Under the pieces are notes generated by a model. The model was not told the origin of the DNA. It made no database searches and worked only from the letters and a program-made list of their open reading frames with translations. 64,000 nt of DNA, taken from Schleiferiaceae bacterium (GTDB lineage: Bacteria; Bacteroidota; Bacteroidia; Flavobacteriales; Schleiferiaceae). The stretch lies in assembly GCA_031581125.1 (NCBI GenBank), contig JAVLBR010000001.1, forward strand, positions 25,974 through 89,973. Direction: 5' to 3'. The position numbers were made by a program, and so were the translations under genes. Below are positions 29,032 through 39,367 of this stretch, piece after piece (position 1 is the stretch's first letter; every line of letters starts with the position of its first letter).

Positions 29032-30486
29032 TCAGCAGCGCTCGCCCAGAAGGGTAGCGGCCGTGCATTTATTGATTTTCACGTTAACAAAGTTGCCCGG
29101 CTGTTCGGCCCCGGTTTTGGGGAAAACAACCACGGTATTCTGGGTATTGCGGCCCATCCATTCCTGATCGCTTTTTTTGGAATTGCCTTCAATGAGGACG
29201 GTTTCCGTTTGGCCCAGGTGGGCCTCATTGCGCTCCAGGGAGTGCGCCTGCTGGCGGTCAATGATCTCGGTAAGGCGGCGCTTTTTGATTTCCAGCGGAA
29301 TGTCATCTTCCAGCTTACGGGCCGCATACGTATTGGGGCGCTCGCTGTAATAAAACATATAGCCAAAGTCGTACCGGACGTAATCCATCAGGCTCAGGGT
29401 AAGCTGGTGGTCCTCTTCCGTTTCCGTAGGGAAGCCGGCGATCATATCGTGGCTAATGCCACAGTCGGGTATAATTTTTCGGATCCGGTCGATAAGCGCC
29501 ACGTATTCTTCGCGGGTGTGGCCGCGGTTCATGGCTTCCAGGATGCGGCTGCTGCCGCTCTGCACCGGGAGGTGAATGTACTTACACACATTGGGATGGG
29601 CGGCGATGGCGTGCAGCACATCGTCCGTCATGTCCTGCGGATTGGAGGTACTAAAGCGAATGCGCATTTCCGGAACGGCGCGGGCTACTTTATGCAGCAG
29701 CCCGGCAAAATTTACGGCCGAAGCCTGGGCCGCTTCGCTGGCCCGTTCAAAGTCTTTTTTGAGGCCCCCGCCGTACCAGAGGTAAGAGTCCACATTTTGC
29801 CCCAGGAGGGTGATTTCCTTGTAGCCGTGATCGCGGAGCTGGCGTGCTTCTTCGATGATGGTTTCCGGATTGCGGCTGCGCTCGCGGCCGCGGGTAAAAG
29901 GCACCACACAGAAAGTACACATATTGTCGCAACCCCGGGTAATGGATACAAAGGCGGAAACGCCATTGGTCCCCAGGCGCACGGGGCTTACCTCGGCATA
30001 GGTTTCTTCTTTGGAGAGCAGGGTATTCACGGCCTTCCGGCCTGCATCTACTTCTTTTACCAGGTTGGGGAGGTCTCGATAAGCATCGGGCCCCACCACC
30101 AGGTCTACCAGCTTTTCTTCGTCCAGAAGCTTATCCTTGAGGCGTTCCGCCATGCAGCCCAAAACGCCTATTTTCAGGGCGGGCTGATCTTCCTTAATGC
30201 GATGGAAGGTTTTTAGGCGCTTGCGCACCGTTTGCTCAGCTTTATCACGGATGGAGCAGGTATTGAGCAGCACGAGATCAGCTTCTTCCGCGTTGCGGGT
30301 GGTTCCATAGCCCTCTTCCGCCAGAATAGAAGCCACAATCTCGGAGTCGGAAAAATTCATTTGGCAACCATAGCTTTCGATGTAAACTTTTTGGGCTGCC
30401 TGATTATCATGGGGCCGCACGGTAGCCTGCCCCTGCAGCGCATCTGCCAGGGGCGTTTCGTTTTCGCGTGCCTTAGTGGTAGCCAT
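29032..30486 (-). CDS. miaB: tRNA-i6A37 methylthiotransferase MiaB (radical SAM)
   Basis: UPF0004 domain ([15 protein letters not shown]), radical-SAM CxxxCxxC ([12 protein letters not shown]) and a TRAM C-terminus. Confidence 0.93.
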   Translation of the reverse strand: MATTKARENETPLADALQGQATVRPHDNQAAQKVYIESYGCQMNFSDSEIVASILAEEGYGTTRNAEEADLVLLNTCSIRDKAEQTVRKRLKTFHRIKEDQPALKIGVLGCMAERLKDKLLDEEKLVDLVVGPDAYRDLPNLVKEVDAGRKAVNTLLSKEETYAEVSPVRLGTNGVSAFVSITRGCDNMCTFCVVPFTRGRERSRNPETIIEEARQLRDHGYKEITLLGQNVDSYLWYGGGLKKDFERASEAAQASAVNFAGLLHKVARAVPEMRIRFSTSNPQDMTDDVLHAIAAHPNVCKYIHLPVQSGSSRILEAMNRGHTREEYVALIDRIRKIIPDCGISHDMIAGFPTETEEDHQLTLSLMDYVRYDFGYMFYYSERPNTYAARKLEDDIPLEIKKRRLTEIIDRQQAHSLERNEAHLGQTETVLIEGNSKKSDQEWMGRNTQNTVVVFPKTGAEQPGNFVNVKINKCTAATLLGERC

Positions 30487-30748
30487 AACCGATGTACTTT
30501 AAGGGTTTTTAGGGCTTTTGCAAGAGGGGCAAAGGTAAGCATATTGGGGTGGATATGCCAGTTTGACAGTACCCAGATGGTAAGCTGGATGTCAGCTCCT
30601 TAGGGGCCGGTAAGCCTCCGGGGCGCGCGGGCACATTTGGCCGGCAGGCCCAAACAAAAGCACAGGTAAGGGTGTCGCTTAAGGAGTTGGTACCAAACAA
30701 ATCGTTTAATTTGCCAACGAAAAATAACTCTGTGTAAAGCCTGCGGAT

Positions 30749-33142
30749 ATGTCTAAAAATCTGGTGATAGTGGAGTCTCCGGCCAAAGCCAAAACCATAG
30801 AAAAATTTCTGGGTAAGGATTTTAAGGTAGAGTCCAGCTACGGTCACATACGTGATCTGGAGCAAAAAGATATGGGGGTAGATGTGGAAAATAACTTCAC
30901 GCCCCGCTACAAAATAAGCGATGATAAAAAAGAAGTGGTCCGTAAGCTGAAGAAACTGACCAAAGAGGCCGAAACGGTGTGGCTGGCCTCGGATGAGGAC
31001 CGCGAAGGGGAGGCCATAGCCTGGCACCTGGCCGAGGCCCTGGACCTCAATCCTACGAAAACCAACCGCATTGTATTTTCCGAAATTACCAAAGGCGCTA
31101 TCCAACGGGCCATAGACAATCCCCGCCGGATAGACCAAAACCTGGTAAACGCCCAGCAGGCAAGACGGATCCTGGACCGCCTGGTGGGTTTTGAGCTATC
31201 GCCAGTGCTCTGGAAAAAAGTGAAAGCGGGCCTTTCTGCCGGACGAGTACAGTCCGTAGCAGTGCGGCTTATCGTGGAGCGGGAAGAGGAGATCAAAAAC
31301 TTTAAGCCGAAGAACTTTTTCCGGGTGCGGGCCCTGTTTATCAATCCGCAGGGCAAGCCCATCCGGGCAGATCTGAATAAGCGTTTTGACACGCAGGAAG
31401 AAGCGGAGGCCTTCCTAAAGCAATGTAAGGACTACGCCTTTTCGATAAGCGACATAGAAAAAAAACCGGCCAAAAAAAGCCCGGCGCCGCCCTTTACCAC
31501 CTCTACCCTTCAGCAAGAAGCGGGGCGAAAATTGAGCTATCCGGTGGGGCTTACCATGTCGGTAGCCCAGCGGCTTTACGAAGCCGGTCTTATCACCTAC
31601 ATGCGGACCGATTCGCTCAATCTTTCCAGCGAGGCCACCAAGGCCGCTGCAGCGGAGATAAAAGACCAGTACGGGGCAGACTACGTGAAAAACCGGCGCT
31701 ACACCACCAAAAGCAAAGGAGCCCAGGAAGCCCACGAAGCCATCCGGCCTACTGATATGCACCGCAAACGGGCGGGGAGCAGCGATCAGCAAAAGCGCTT
31801 GTACGACCTCATCTGGAAGCGCACCCTGGCCTCCCAAATGGCGGACGCCCAGCTGGAACGGACCACCCTGCGCATCCCTTCACCCGAGGCCAAACTAGAA
31901 TTCACGGCCAAGGGAGAGGTCATCACCTTTGAAGGCTTTCTGAAAGTGTACCTGGAAGGCCAGGACGAGGAAGACGGCGAGGAGAAAGCGGGTACCCTGC
32001 CCGCCAGCCAAAAAGGCGACGCCCTTAAGAAAGAAGAGATCAATGCTACCGAGCGCTTCACAAAAAACCCTCCGCGCTTCACCGAGGCCAGCCTGGTTAA
32101 AAAACTTGAAGAGCTGGGCATAGGGCGCCCCTCTACCTACGCCCCCACCATAAGCACCATCCAAAAGCGGCAGTACATCGAAAAAAGCGATCTGGAGGGT
32201 TTCGAGCGCCCCTTTGCCGAACTTAAGCTGGAAGCGGATGGCAAGCTGAAAACGGAAAAACACAAGGAGCGAACTGGTGCAGACAAAAATAAACTGATCC
32301 CTACTGACATAGGCGTAGTAGTAAACGGCTTCCTGACCGAGCACTTTAAAGACATTCTGGATTACAACTTCACGGCCAGCGTGGAGGCCCAATTTGACGA
32401 AATAGCACGGGGGCAAGAGCAGTGGAACGAAATGATCGAAGGCTTTTACCAAGATTTTCACCCCCACCTTAAGGAGGTAGAAGAGCACTCCGATAGAGCT
32501 ACCGGCGAGCGGGTGCTGGGAGATGATCCCAAAACGGGCCGCCCCGTCATAGCCCGCCTAGGCCGCTACGGACCGATGGTACAGCTGGGCCGGGCAGAAG
32601 ACGAGGAAAAACCCCGCTTTGCCAGCCTCCTAAAAGGACAGCACATAGATACCATAAGCCTGGAGGACGCCCTGGAGCTGTTTAAACTGCCGCGAGAACT
32701 GGGCGAGTATCAGGGCGAAAAAGTGGCGGCCAATATTGGCCGCTTTGGGCCTTATGTACGTTGGAAAAGCACTTTTGCTTCTCTGCGCAAAGACGAGGGG
32801 GATGACCCCATGACCGTGGACCTGGACCGGGCCATAACCCTCATAGAAGCAAAAGTGGAGGCCGATAAGCACAAGTACATTAAGACCTTTGACGAGGCCA
32901 AGCCGGTCATTCAAGTGCTCAACGGTCGCTACGGTCCTTACCTTAAAAAAGGCCGTCGCAACTTTAAAATCCCCAAAGAGGTAGAAGAGCCCGCCGCCCT
33001 TACCCGGGAGGAATGCGAAAAGATCATAGAAGAGGCGGGCAGTAAAAAGGCCAGTGGCAAAGGCGCCAAAGGAGGCAAAGCCAAGAAAGCCAGTACCGCC
33101 CAGAAAAAGAAAACTACCAAGAGCAGTACCTCGAAAAAGTAA
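30749..33142 (+). CDS. topA: DNA topoisomerase I
   Basis: Toprim N-terminus MSKNLVIVESPAKAKTIEKFLG, active-site region GLITYMRTDS, and a Lys-rich C-terminal tail. Confidence 0.95.
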   Translation: MSKNLVIVESPAKAKTIEKFLGKDFKVESSYGHIRDLEQKDMGVDVENNFTPRYKISDDKKEVVRKLKKLTKEAETVWLASDEDREGEAIAWHLAEALDLNPTKTNRIVFSEITKGAIQRAIDNPRRIDQNLVNAQQARRILDRLVGFELSPVLWKKVKAGLSAGRVQSVAVRLIVEREEEIKNFKPKNFFRVRALFINPQGKPIRADLNKRFDTQEEAEAFLKQCKDYAFSISDIEKKPAKKSPAPPFTTSTLQQEAGRKLSYPVGLTMSVAQRLYEAGLITYMRTDSLNLSSEATKAAAAEIKDQYGADYVKNRRYTTKSKGAQEAHEAIRPTDMHRKRAGSSDQQKRLYDLIWKRTLASQMADAQLERTTLRIPSPEAKLEFTAKGEVITFEGFLKVYLEGQDEEDGEEKAGTLPASQKGDALKKEEINATERFTKNPPRFTEASLVKKLEELGIGRPSTYAPTISTIQKRQYIEKSDLEGFERPFAELKLEADGKLKTEKHKERTGADKNKLIPTDIGVVVNGFLTEHFKDILDYNFTASVEAQFDEIARGQEQWNEMIEGFYQDFHPHLKEVEEHSDRATGERVLGDDPKTGRPVIARLGRYGPMVQLGRAEDEEKPRFASLLKGQHIDTISLEDALELFKLPRELGEYQGEKVAANIGRFGPYVRWKSTFASLRKDEGDDPMTVDLDRAITLIEAKVEADKHKYIKTFDEAKPVIQVLNGRYGPYLKKGRRNFKIPKEVEEPAALTREECEKIIEEAGSKKASGKGAKGGKAKKASTAQKKKTTKSSTSKK

Positions 33143-34318
33143 GTGATGCGGCTGGAAGATTTTTTGGCGCCCGTAAACGAGTCGCTGCTGCAAGACAGCA
33201 GCCTACAAGAGCCCAACCGGGTAGGGCACAAGCTGCGCCTCCACCGGGAAGTATCCGGGCCGCCCGACCTGGCGGGAGTACAGGTAGCCCTGCTGGGCGT
33301 CATGGATGATAGAGGCAGCACCAATGCCGGTTGTGCCACCGCCCCCAATGCCATTCGATCCTATCTCTATCCCCTCTATTGGAATCAGTGGCAACTGGAA
33401 GCGGTGGATTTGGGCAATATTTACGCCGGGGAAACCCAGGAAGATACCCTTACCGCCCTAAGGCAAGTATGCCATCACCTCCTGAAAGCGCAAATAATAC
33501 CGTTGGTGCTGGGCGGCAGCCAAGACCTTACTTATGCCTGCTACCGTGCCTATGATGGCCTGGAGCAAACGGTAAACCTGGCGGCGGTAGATGCCCAATT
33601 TGACCTGGGGAAGCAGGGCAGTCCGCTGGGAAACCATAGCTACCTGAGCCACATTATACTGCGCAAGCCGTACATCCTTTTTAATTACAGCAATGTAGGC
33701 TACCAGAGCTATTTTGTGGACCCCGAGGAGCGGGCTCTTATGGAGAGAATGTACTTTGACATCAACCGCCTGGGCAGCCTGCGCGGCCAGATAGAAGAAT
33801 GCGAACCGGTGCTGCGCGATGCTGATTTGGTGAGTTTTGACATTGGCGCTGTCCGTCAATCGGATGCCCCCGGCAACACTTTTCATAGCCCCAACGGCTT
33901 CAGTGGCGAAGAAGCCTGCGCCATAGCGCGCTATGCGGGTATCAGCGATAAGCTGAGCTGTTTTGGCCTGTTCGAAGGCAATCCCCAAGTAGACTCTGAA
34001 GGACGTACGGCCCACCTCATGGCCCAGATGATCTGGTACTTTTGGGAAGGCTATGCCCACCGCAAAGGCGACTATCCCTTTGCCCGCAAGGAGGACTACC
34101 AACGCTATACGGTGCTCATCAATGAGGGAGAGCACGAACTTATTTTTTACAAGAGCCCCCAGAGCGGGCGGTGGTGGATCGAGGTACCCCTGCAGGACCA
34201 GGGGGGCATAAGTAACGCCCGTCATCAACTTATTCCTTGTTCATTCCGCGATTACGAAGAAGCCTGCCAGAACGAATTACCAGAGCGCTGGTGGCAGGCC
34301 ATGAAGAAGGGAGTATGA
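33143..34318 (+). CDS. Arginase/formiminoglutamase-fold protein with degenerate metal-binding motifs
   Basis: Ureohydrolase-fold pattern, but LGGSQDLT replaces GGDHS, VDAQFDL replaces DAHxD, and SFDIGAVRQSDAPG replaces SxDxDxxDP. The start is either GTG 33143 or ATG 33146. Confidence 0.75.
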   Translation: MMRLEDFLAPVNESLLQDSSLQEPNRVGHKLRLHREVSGPPDLAGVQVALLGVMDDRGSTNAGCATAPNAIRSYLYPLYWNQWQLEAVDLGNIYAGETQEDTLTALRQVCHHLLKAQIIPLVLGGSQDLTYACYRAYDGLEQTVNLAAVDAQFDLGKQGSPLGNHSYLSHIILRKPYILFNYSNVGYQSYFVDPEERALMERMYFDINRLGSLRGQIEECEPVLRDADLVSFDIGAVRQSDAPGNTFHSPNGFSGEEACAIARYAGISDKLSCFGLFEGNPQVDSEGRTAHLMAQMIWYFWEGYAHRKGDYPFARKEDYQRYTVLINEGEHELIFYKSPQSGRWWIEVPLQDQGGISNARHQLIPCSFRDYEEACQNELPERWWQAMKKGV

Positions 34319-34553
34319 GCCCTTCGGGCAAAGGAAATTTTGGGCCCGCTTGAGCAAGATTGGAATCAAAACAATATATTTGGACTTTTGAACACCCTAT
34401 CGTTGAAATATTTTCCCCGCCGAAAAACCTTTCTGAACACTGTTTTTGAAGAAGCTAAAAACGCTTTTTTTCAAAGCTTTGCACAAGTAGGCACCGGCCG
34501 TACAAGCATAGAAATAACCCCCGGCAAGTGAAGCTCTAAACAATTTGGTGAGT

Positions 34554-35525
34554 ATGATAAAGCGCTACATCTTTCTTTTGATGCTGTTTTTCACCGGCTC
34601 TATATGGGCCCAGCAGGATGTTCAGTTTACGCAGTATATGAACAACCGGCTCTACTACAATGCGGGCGTGGCGGGTACCGGTGGCGCCATTTGCATCACC
34701 GGATTGCACCGCAGCCAGTGGGTAGGTTTTGAAGGCGCCCCCACCACCCAGAACATAACGGCCAACATTCCCATTCAGGCCCTGCGCGGGGGGATTGGCC
34801 TCAGCATCGTCAACGAACAAATAGGCTATTTCAGCAATGTGTCTGCCCGGTTGGGCTATGCTTACCAGCTTCAACTAGCCCAGGGCTCTTTAGGAATCGG
34901 GGTAGGCGCGGGCTTTTTAAACCGTTCACTCAATAACGCGCAGTGGATCCCGTCGGGCGTAGATCCCGCAAGCGGCACCCCCGGCACTTCTGATCCGGCC
35001 CTCGCCGGTGCCAATGCCAGTGGCTTCCAAATTGACCTGGATTTTGGCCTGTATTACCAGAGCGACCGCATCTGGGCCGGGGTATCTTCCAGCCGCATGC
35101 TAGAATCTTCCCTAGAGGTAGATAACTTCCCCACGGGCGATAAAACGGCCTTTTTCCGCAATAGCCGCCATTATTTTGTCATGGGTGGTTATAACTGGGC
35201 CATACCGGGCTCCAACTGGGAGCTGCGCCCCAGCGCGCTGGTCAAGTTAAGCCAGGGAGGTCCTCCTACTTACGAAGTGAATGCCAGCGGCGTTTATAAT
35301 AAACAAATCTGGGGCGGCGTTACTTACAGACTGGAAGACGCCGTAGCCGCCATGGTAGGCTATCAATTCACCCCTTCCTTTCGCGCTGGCTATTCTTACG
35401 ATGTAGCCACCGCCCGATTGTCCGGTTCCGCCGGTGGAAGCCACGAACTAATGGTGCAGTACTGTTTTAAAATAGAAATTCCCCCCAGAATACCGGGACG
35501 TTACAATAATGTAAGATTTTTGTAA
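34554..35525 (+). CDS. PorP/SprF-family type IX secretion system membrane protein
   Basis: MIKRYIFLLMLFFTGSIWAQQDVQFTQYMNNRLYYNAGVAG is the hallmark N-terminus. Located directly upstream of gldK. Confidence 0.85.
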   Translation: MIKRYIFLLMLFFTGSIWAQQDVQFTQYMNNRLYYNAGVAGTGGAICITGLHRSQWVGFEGAPTTQNITANIPIQALRGGIGLSIVNEQIGYFSNVSARLGYAYQLQLAQGSLGIGVGAGFLNRSLNNAQWIPSGVDPASGTPGTSDPALAGANASGFQIDLDFGLYYQSDRIWAGVSSSRMLESSLEVDNFPTGDKTAFFRNSRHYFVMGGYNWAIPGSNWELRPSALVKLSQGGPPTYEVNASGVYNKQIWGGVTYRLEDAVAAMVGYQFTPSFRAGYSYDVATARLSGSAGGSHELMVQYCFKIEIPPRIPGRYNNVRFL

Positions 35526-35586
35526 TATAGCACCCCTCATTTTACGGGTGACTAACCGCAAAATGCATTTCCTTATGAATCGCGTG

Positions 35587-37005
35587 ATGAAGAAACTCTT
35601 TCCAATCCTGATGAGCGGCTTGTTTTTAGCAAGTTGCAGCTCGAATGACCACGGTGAACTGGTGGGTGTCGATAACCGGCCCGACTGGTATCCTTCCAAA
35701 CCCTACGGAATGGTTTACATCCCCCAGGGTTCTTATAACATGGGCAACTCCGATCAGGATGTGCCCTACGCCCTGGTATCTCCCATAAAAACCGTTTCGG
35801 TACCTTCCTTTTGGATGGACCAAACCGAAATAACCAATAATGAGTACCGCCAATTTGTGAATTGGGTGCGGGACAGCATTGCGCGCACAAGGCTGGCCGA
35901 TGGTGGCCTGGTGCCCGGCTATGAGTTTATCGATCCCGCCACGGCCGAGGACCCCACCTTCTACCAAGAATACAAAACCCTTAATTATCCAGACAGTATG
36001 CAGCGCCGGATCAATTGGGAACCGGCCCTTATCTGGGACAAGCGCGAATATCCTTCTTCGGAGTACACCAATATCATCGAAACCATGTACCTACCGCCTG
36101 AAGAACGCTTTATGGGCGACAAGATGATCGATGCTCGCCAGCTCAACTACTCCTACTACTGGATAGATAAGCAAAAAGCCGCCAAGAAAAGCAACCGGGT
36201 TCAGTATGACTACAATGATGCGGATCAGGATGGCGAATACTTTTCCTACCGGGATTACATCAAAAGCAATAAGCAAAACTCCGATCGGAGCTCTTTTTTC
36301 AAGAGCAACAAAATCAATGTTTACCCCGACACCCTGGTTTGGATAGCCGATTTTGCTTACAGCTATAATGAGCCCATGCACGACCGTTATTTTTGGCACC
36401 CCGCCTTTGACGACTACCCCGTAGTGGGCGTGAATTGGTACCAGGCTCGGGCCTTTTGTAACTGGCGCACCAAATACCGCAACGATTACCTGGGCTCCAT
36501 TAATGCCTACAAGGAACAAGAGTTTCGCTTGCCTACGGAGGCGGAATGGGAGTACGCGGCCCGTGGTGGTAAAGAACTGTCCACCTATCCCTGGGGCGGT
36601 CCTTACGCTTTGAACAGCAGCGGCTGCTACCTGGCCAACTTTAAGCCGCAGCGGGGTTCCTTTGACATAGACGGCGGTATCTATCCAGTAGAAGTGACCT
36701 CCTACTCCCCTAATGACTTTGACTTGTATAACATGGCCGGTAACGTGGCCGAGTGGACCAGTACGGCCTACGAAGCCGCAAGCTATTATTACGTAAGCGA
36801 CTTAAGTCCTAACTTCCAGTACAATGCCAATGATAATGACCACCCCACCTTGGCTCGTAAAGTAACGCGCGGTGGCAGCTGGAAAGACATTGCTTACTAC
36901 CTGCAAACCAGTGCTAGGAACTACGAATACGCGGACACTGCTAAATCCTACGTAGGCTTCCGCACCGTACAAAGCTTCATGGGAAGGGATATAAACGATT
37001 TTTAA
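35587..37005 (+). CDS. gldK: Gliding motility/T9SS lipoprotein GldK (PorK; FGE-sulfatase fold)
   Basis: Lipobox LFLASC at the ATG 35587 start. FGE-like motifs (TEITNNEYRQF, PVVGVNWYQARAFCNW, RLPTEAEWEYAARGG, RGGSW). Gene order K-L-M-N. Confidence 0.92.
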   Translation: MKKLFPILMSGLFLASCSSNDHGELVGVDNRPDWYPSKPYGMVYIPQGSYNMGNSDQDVPYALVSPIKTVSVPSFWMDQTEITNNEYRQFVNWVRDSIARTRLADGGLVPGYEFIDPATAEDPTFYQEYKTLNYPDSMQRRINWEPALIWDKREYPSSEYTNIIETMYLPPEERFMGDKMIDARQLNYSYYWIDKQKAAKKSNRVQYDYNDADQDGEYFSYRDYIKSNKQNSDRSSFFKSNKINVYPDTLVWIADFAYSYNEPMHDRYFWHPAFDDYPVVGVNWYQARAFCNWRTKYRNDYLGSINAYKEQEFRLPTEAEWEYAARGGKELSTYPWGGPYALNSSGCYLANFKPQRGSFDIDGGIYPVEVTSYSPNDFDLYNMAGNVAEWTSTAYEAASYYYVSDLSPNFQYNANDNDHPTLARKVTRGGSWKDIAYYLQTSARNYEYADTAKSYVGFRTVQSFMGRDINDF

Positions 37006-37061
37006 CCCTCTCCTTTCAACGATTAATCAAAACCCCTCAGTAAAACCTCAAATTAGAACAC

Positions 37062-37742
37062 ATGGCGTTAATTGATGTAAATAGCAAGCGTTTCAAAAAC
37101 TTTATGGCCAAGTTATATGGCATTGGCGCTGCAGTGGTTATCCTCGGTGCGATGTTTAAAATCCTTCACTTGAAAGGTGCCGATATAATGCTGGTCGTAG
37201 GCCTTACCACCGAGTCCGTTATCTTTCTTTTCTCTGCTTTTGAAAAGCCCGGAGAAGAGTACGACTGGACTTTGGTATACCCTGAATTGGCCGGGATGGA
37301 TGCCGATGATGAAGACGGTGGGTCTTCCGCTCAAGGACGTAATCAAATTTCCGCCTCCCAGGAGCTCGATAAGATGATGGAAGATGCCAAAATTGATGGT
37401 GAACTCATCGAAAGCTTGGGCAGCGGCCTGCGTAAGTTTGGTACGGCGGCGGAAAAACTTAACGAAACTACCGAGGCGGCCGAGGCCACCAAAGATTATG
37501 AGCAGCAACTCTCCATGGCCTCTAAGAATATGGAGTCCTTAAATGCGCTTTATGCCGTTCAGCTGGAAAGCTCTGCCAATCACATGGAGACGCAAAACAC
37601 CCTGATGGAAAAGCTGAACAGCAGCATGGAAAGCTCTGATAAGTTGGCCACCGAAGTGAATACCCTTACCGACAATATCAGTCAGCTAAATAATGTCTAT
37701 GGTGGCATGCTTTCCGCCATGAACCCCAATCGCCCCAGCTAG
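37062..37742 (+). CDS. gldL: Gliding motility/T9SS protein GldL (PorL)
   Basis: KLYGIGAAVVILGAMFKILHLKGADIMLVVGLTTESVIFLFSAFEKP..DWTLVYPEL matches the conserved GldL two-TM N-terminus. Confidence 0.92.
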   Translation: MALIDVNSKRFKNFMAKLYGIGAAVVILGAMFKILHLKGADIMLVVGLTTESVIFLFSAFEKPGEEYDWTLVYPELAGMDADDEDGGSSAQGRNQISASQELDKMMEDAKIDGELIESLGSGLRKFGTAAEKLNETTEAAEATKDYEQQLSMASKNMESLNALYAVQLESSANHMETQNTLMEKLNSSMESSDKLATEVNTLTDNISQLNNVYGGMLSAMNPNRPS

Positions 37743-37804
37743 GATATTAGCATCTTACTGATTGACAACCGAACTTGTACTAAAGTTAAAAACTACTTTC
37801 GTTA

Positions 37805-39349
37805 ATGGCATCAGGAAAACTCTCCCCCCGGCAAAAGATGATCAACATGATGTACCTCGTGTTGACCGCAATGCTGGCGCTCAATGTTTCCCGGGATATT
37901 CTCAAAGCACTCACCCGCCTCAATGATAGCCTGGAAACCACCGTGGCTACCGTAGAGAGCAAGAACCAAGAAATCTACAATCAATTTGCCGCTGCCGCAG
38001 AGGAAAATCCCGATAAGGCTCAAGAGTGGAAAAACAAGGCAGACCAAGTCAAGAAAGAGTCACAAGGACTCTATGCCTACATCGAGAACATGAAAAAAGA
38101 GCTGGTGAAAATCAGCGGTGGTCGCGATGAAAATGGCGCCCCAAAACGGCTCAGTGCGCTTGAAGATCCCGCCAACTACCTCTTGAACCAAGGCAACGGT
38201 AAAAAGCTGCAGCAGAAGTTAGAAGCTTACGAAAGCAGCCTGGTCTCAACCCTGGGAGATGATGCGCCGCAGCTGCAAAAAAACCTGAAGAAGACCTTCG
38301 ATACTTCTCCCCAGAAGCTAGGAGATAAAAAGCTGCCCTGGCCCAATGCCAGTTTTGAGCATTTTCCCCTGGGGGCTATCCTTCCCTTCCTCTCCGACCT
38401 GCAAGCCAAGGTCCGCAATAGCGAATCTGACGTTATCTCGCAGTTGCGCAGTAACATTGGCAAATCCGACTTGAAATTTACGGATATTCAGGTAATTGTG
38501 GACGAAGAGAAGAAGTACGTCACCAAAGGGGAAACGTACCGGGCTAAGGTTTTTCTTGGCGCTTACGACAAGACCCAAAAGCCTAAAATCACGATAAACG
38601 GCAAGCAACTTCCCGAGTCCAAAATTCAAAATGGACAAGGGATTGTAGAGATCCCCGCCAACAAGATTGGTCAAGTGGAATGGGGCGGTAAAATAGCCAT
38701 TGAGCAGCTGGGCCGAAGTGAGCCGTTGGTCCGGGAAATCGAGCCACAAACCTTTACCGTAGCCCCGCAAACGGTAGTGGTATCCCCTACTAAGATGAAT
38801 GTGCTCTACCGGGGCGTGAAAAACCCCCTGGAAATTGGCGTACCCGGCGTAGCCCCTGATAAGATTAAGGCCAGCGGTCCAGGACTATCCGGTAGCGAAG
38901 GAGCCTATGTAGCTGATGTAACCGACATTCGCGGAAAGGAAGTGACCATCAACGTGTCCGTCCTGGAAGAAACCAAAGACGGCAAAACGGAGCCCCGTCC
39001 CGCTGGTAGTAAAAAGTTCCGAATCAAAGGACTGCCGCCGGCCGTGGGTACCATCTACACCCGCTCCACCGGAGAATTTTCCAAAGGAGCCATAAGCCGA
39101 GCCGAAGTAGAAGCCGAGTTTAAAGATTTCCCCTTTGACCTCCCGCTTAAGGTTACCGGCTTTGAGGTAGCTATTCCCGGTTATCCCCCTGAACGGGTCA
39201 ATGGCAACACCATGCCGTCCAACGTAAAACAACGTATAAAGGGACTCGATCCCGGAACCACCATTTCCATTCGTAACATCAAGGCCCGCGCAATAGAAAG
39301 CGGTGCTCGCGTTACAGAAGTAGGAAACATCTCCGTAGATGTAAACTAA
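37805..39349 (+). CDS. gldM: Gliding motility/T9SS protein GldM (PorM)
   Basis: MASGKLSPRQKMINMMYLVLTAMLALNVS is the conserved GldM N-terminus. 514 aa. Confidence 0.92.
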   Translation: MASGKLSPRQKMINMMYLVLTAMLALNVSRDILKALTRLNDSLETTVATVESKNQEIYNQFAAAAEENPDKAQEWKNKADQVKKESQGLYAYIENMKKELVKISGGRDENGAPKRLSALEDPANYLLNQGNGKKLQQKLEAYESSLVSTLGDDAPQLQKNLKKTFDTSPQKLGDKKLPWPNASFEHFPLGAILPFLSDLQAKVRNSESDVISQLRSNIGKSDLKFTDIQVIVDEEKKYVTKGETYRAKVFLGAYDKTQKPKITINGKQLPESKIQNGQGIVEIPANKIGQVEWGGKIAIEQLGRSEPLVREIEPQTFTVAPQTVVVSPTKMNVLYRGVKNPLEIGVPGVAPDKIKASGPGLSGSEGAYVADVTDIRGKEVTINVSVLEETKDGKTEPRPAGSKKFRIKGLPPAVGTIYTRSTGEFSKGAISRAEVEAEFKDFPFDLPLKVTGFEVAIPGYPPERVNGNTMPSNVKQRIKGLDPGTTISIRNIKARAIESGARVTEVGNISVDVN

Positions 39350-39367
39350 GCATTAAATGCTCGCCTT

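Noticed and set aside
34340-34531. A 63-aa ORF upstream of porP/sprF
   Set aside because: It lies in an AT-rich promoter region that includes a TATATTTG -7 box at 34375-34382. There is no motif and the coding character is poor.
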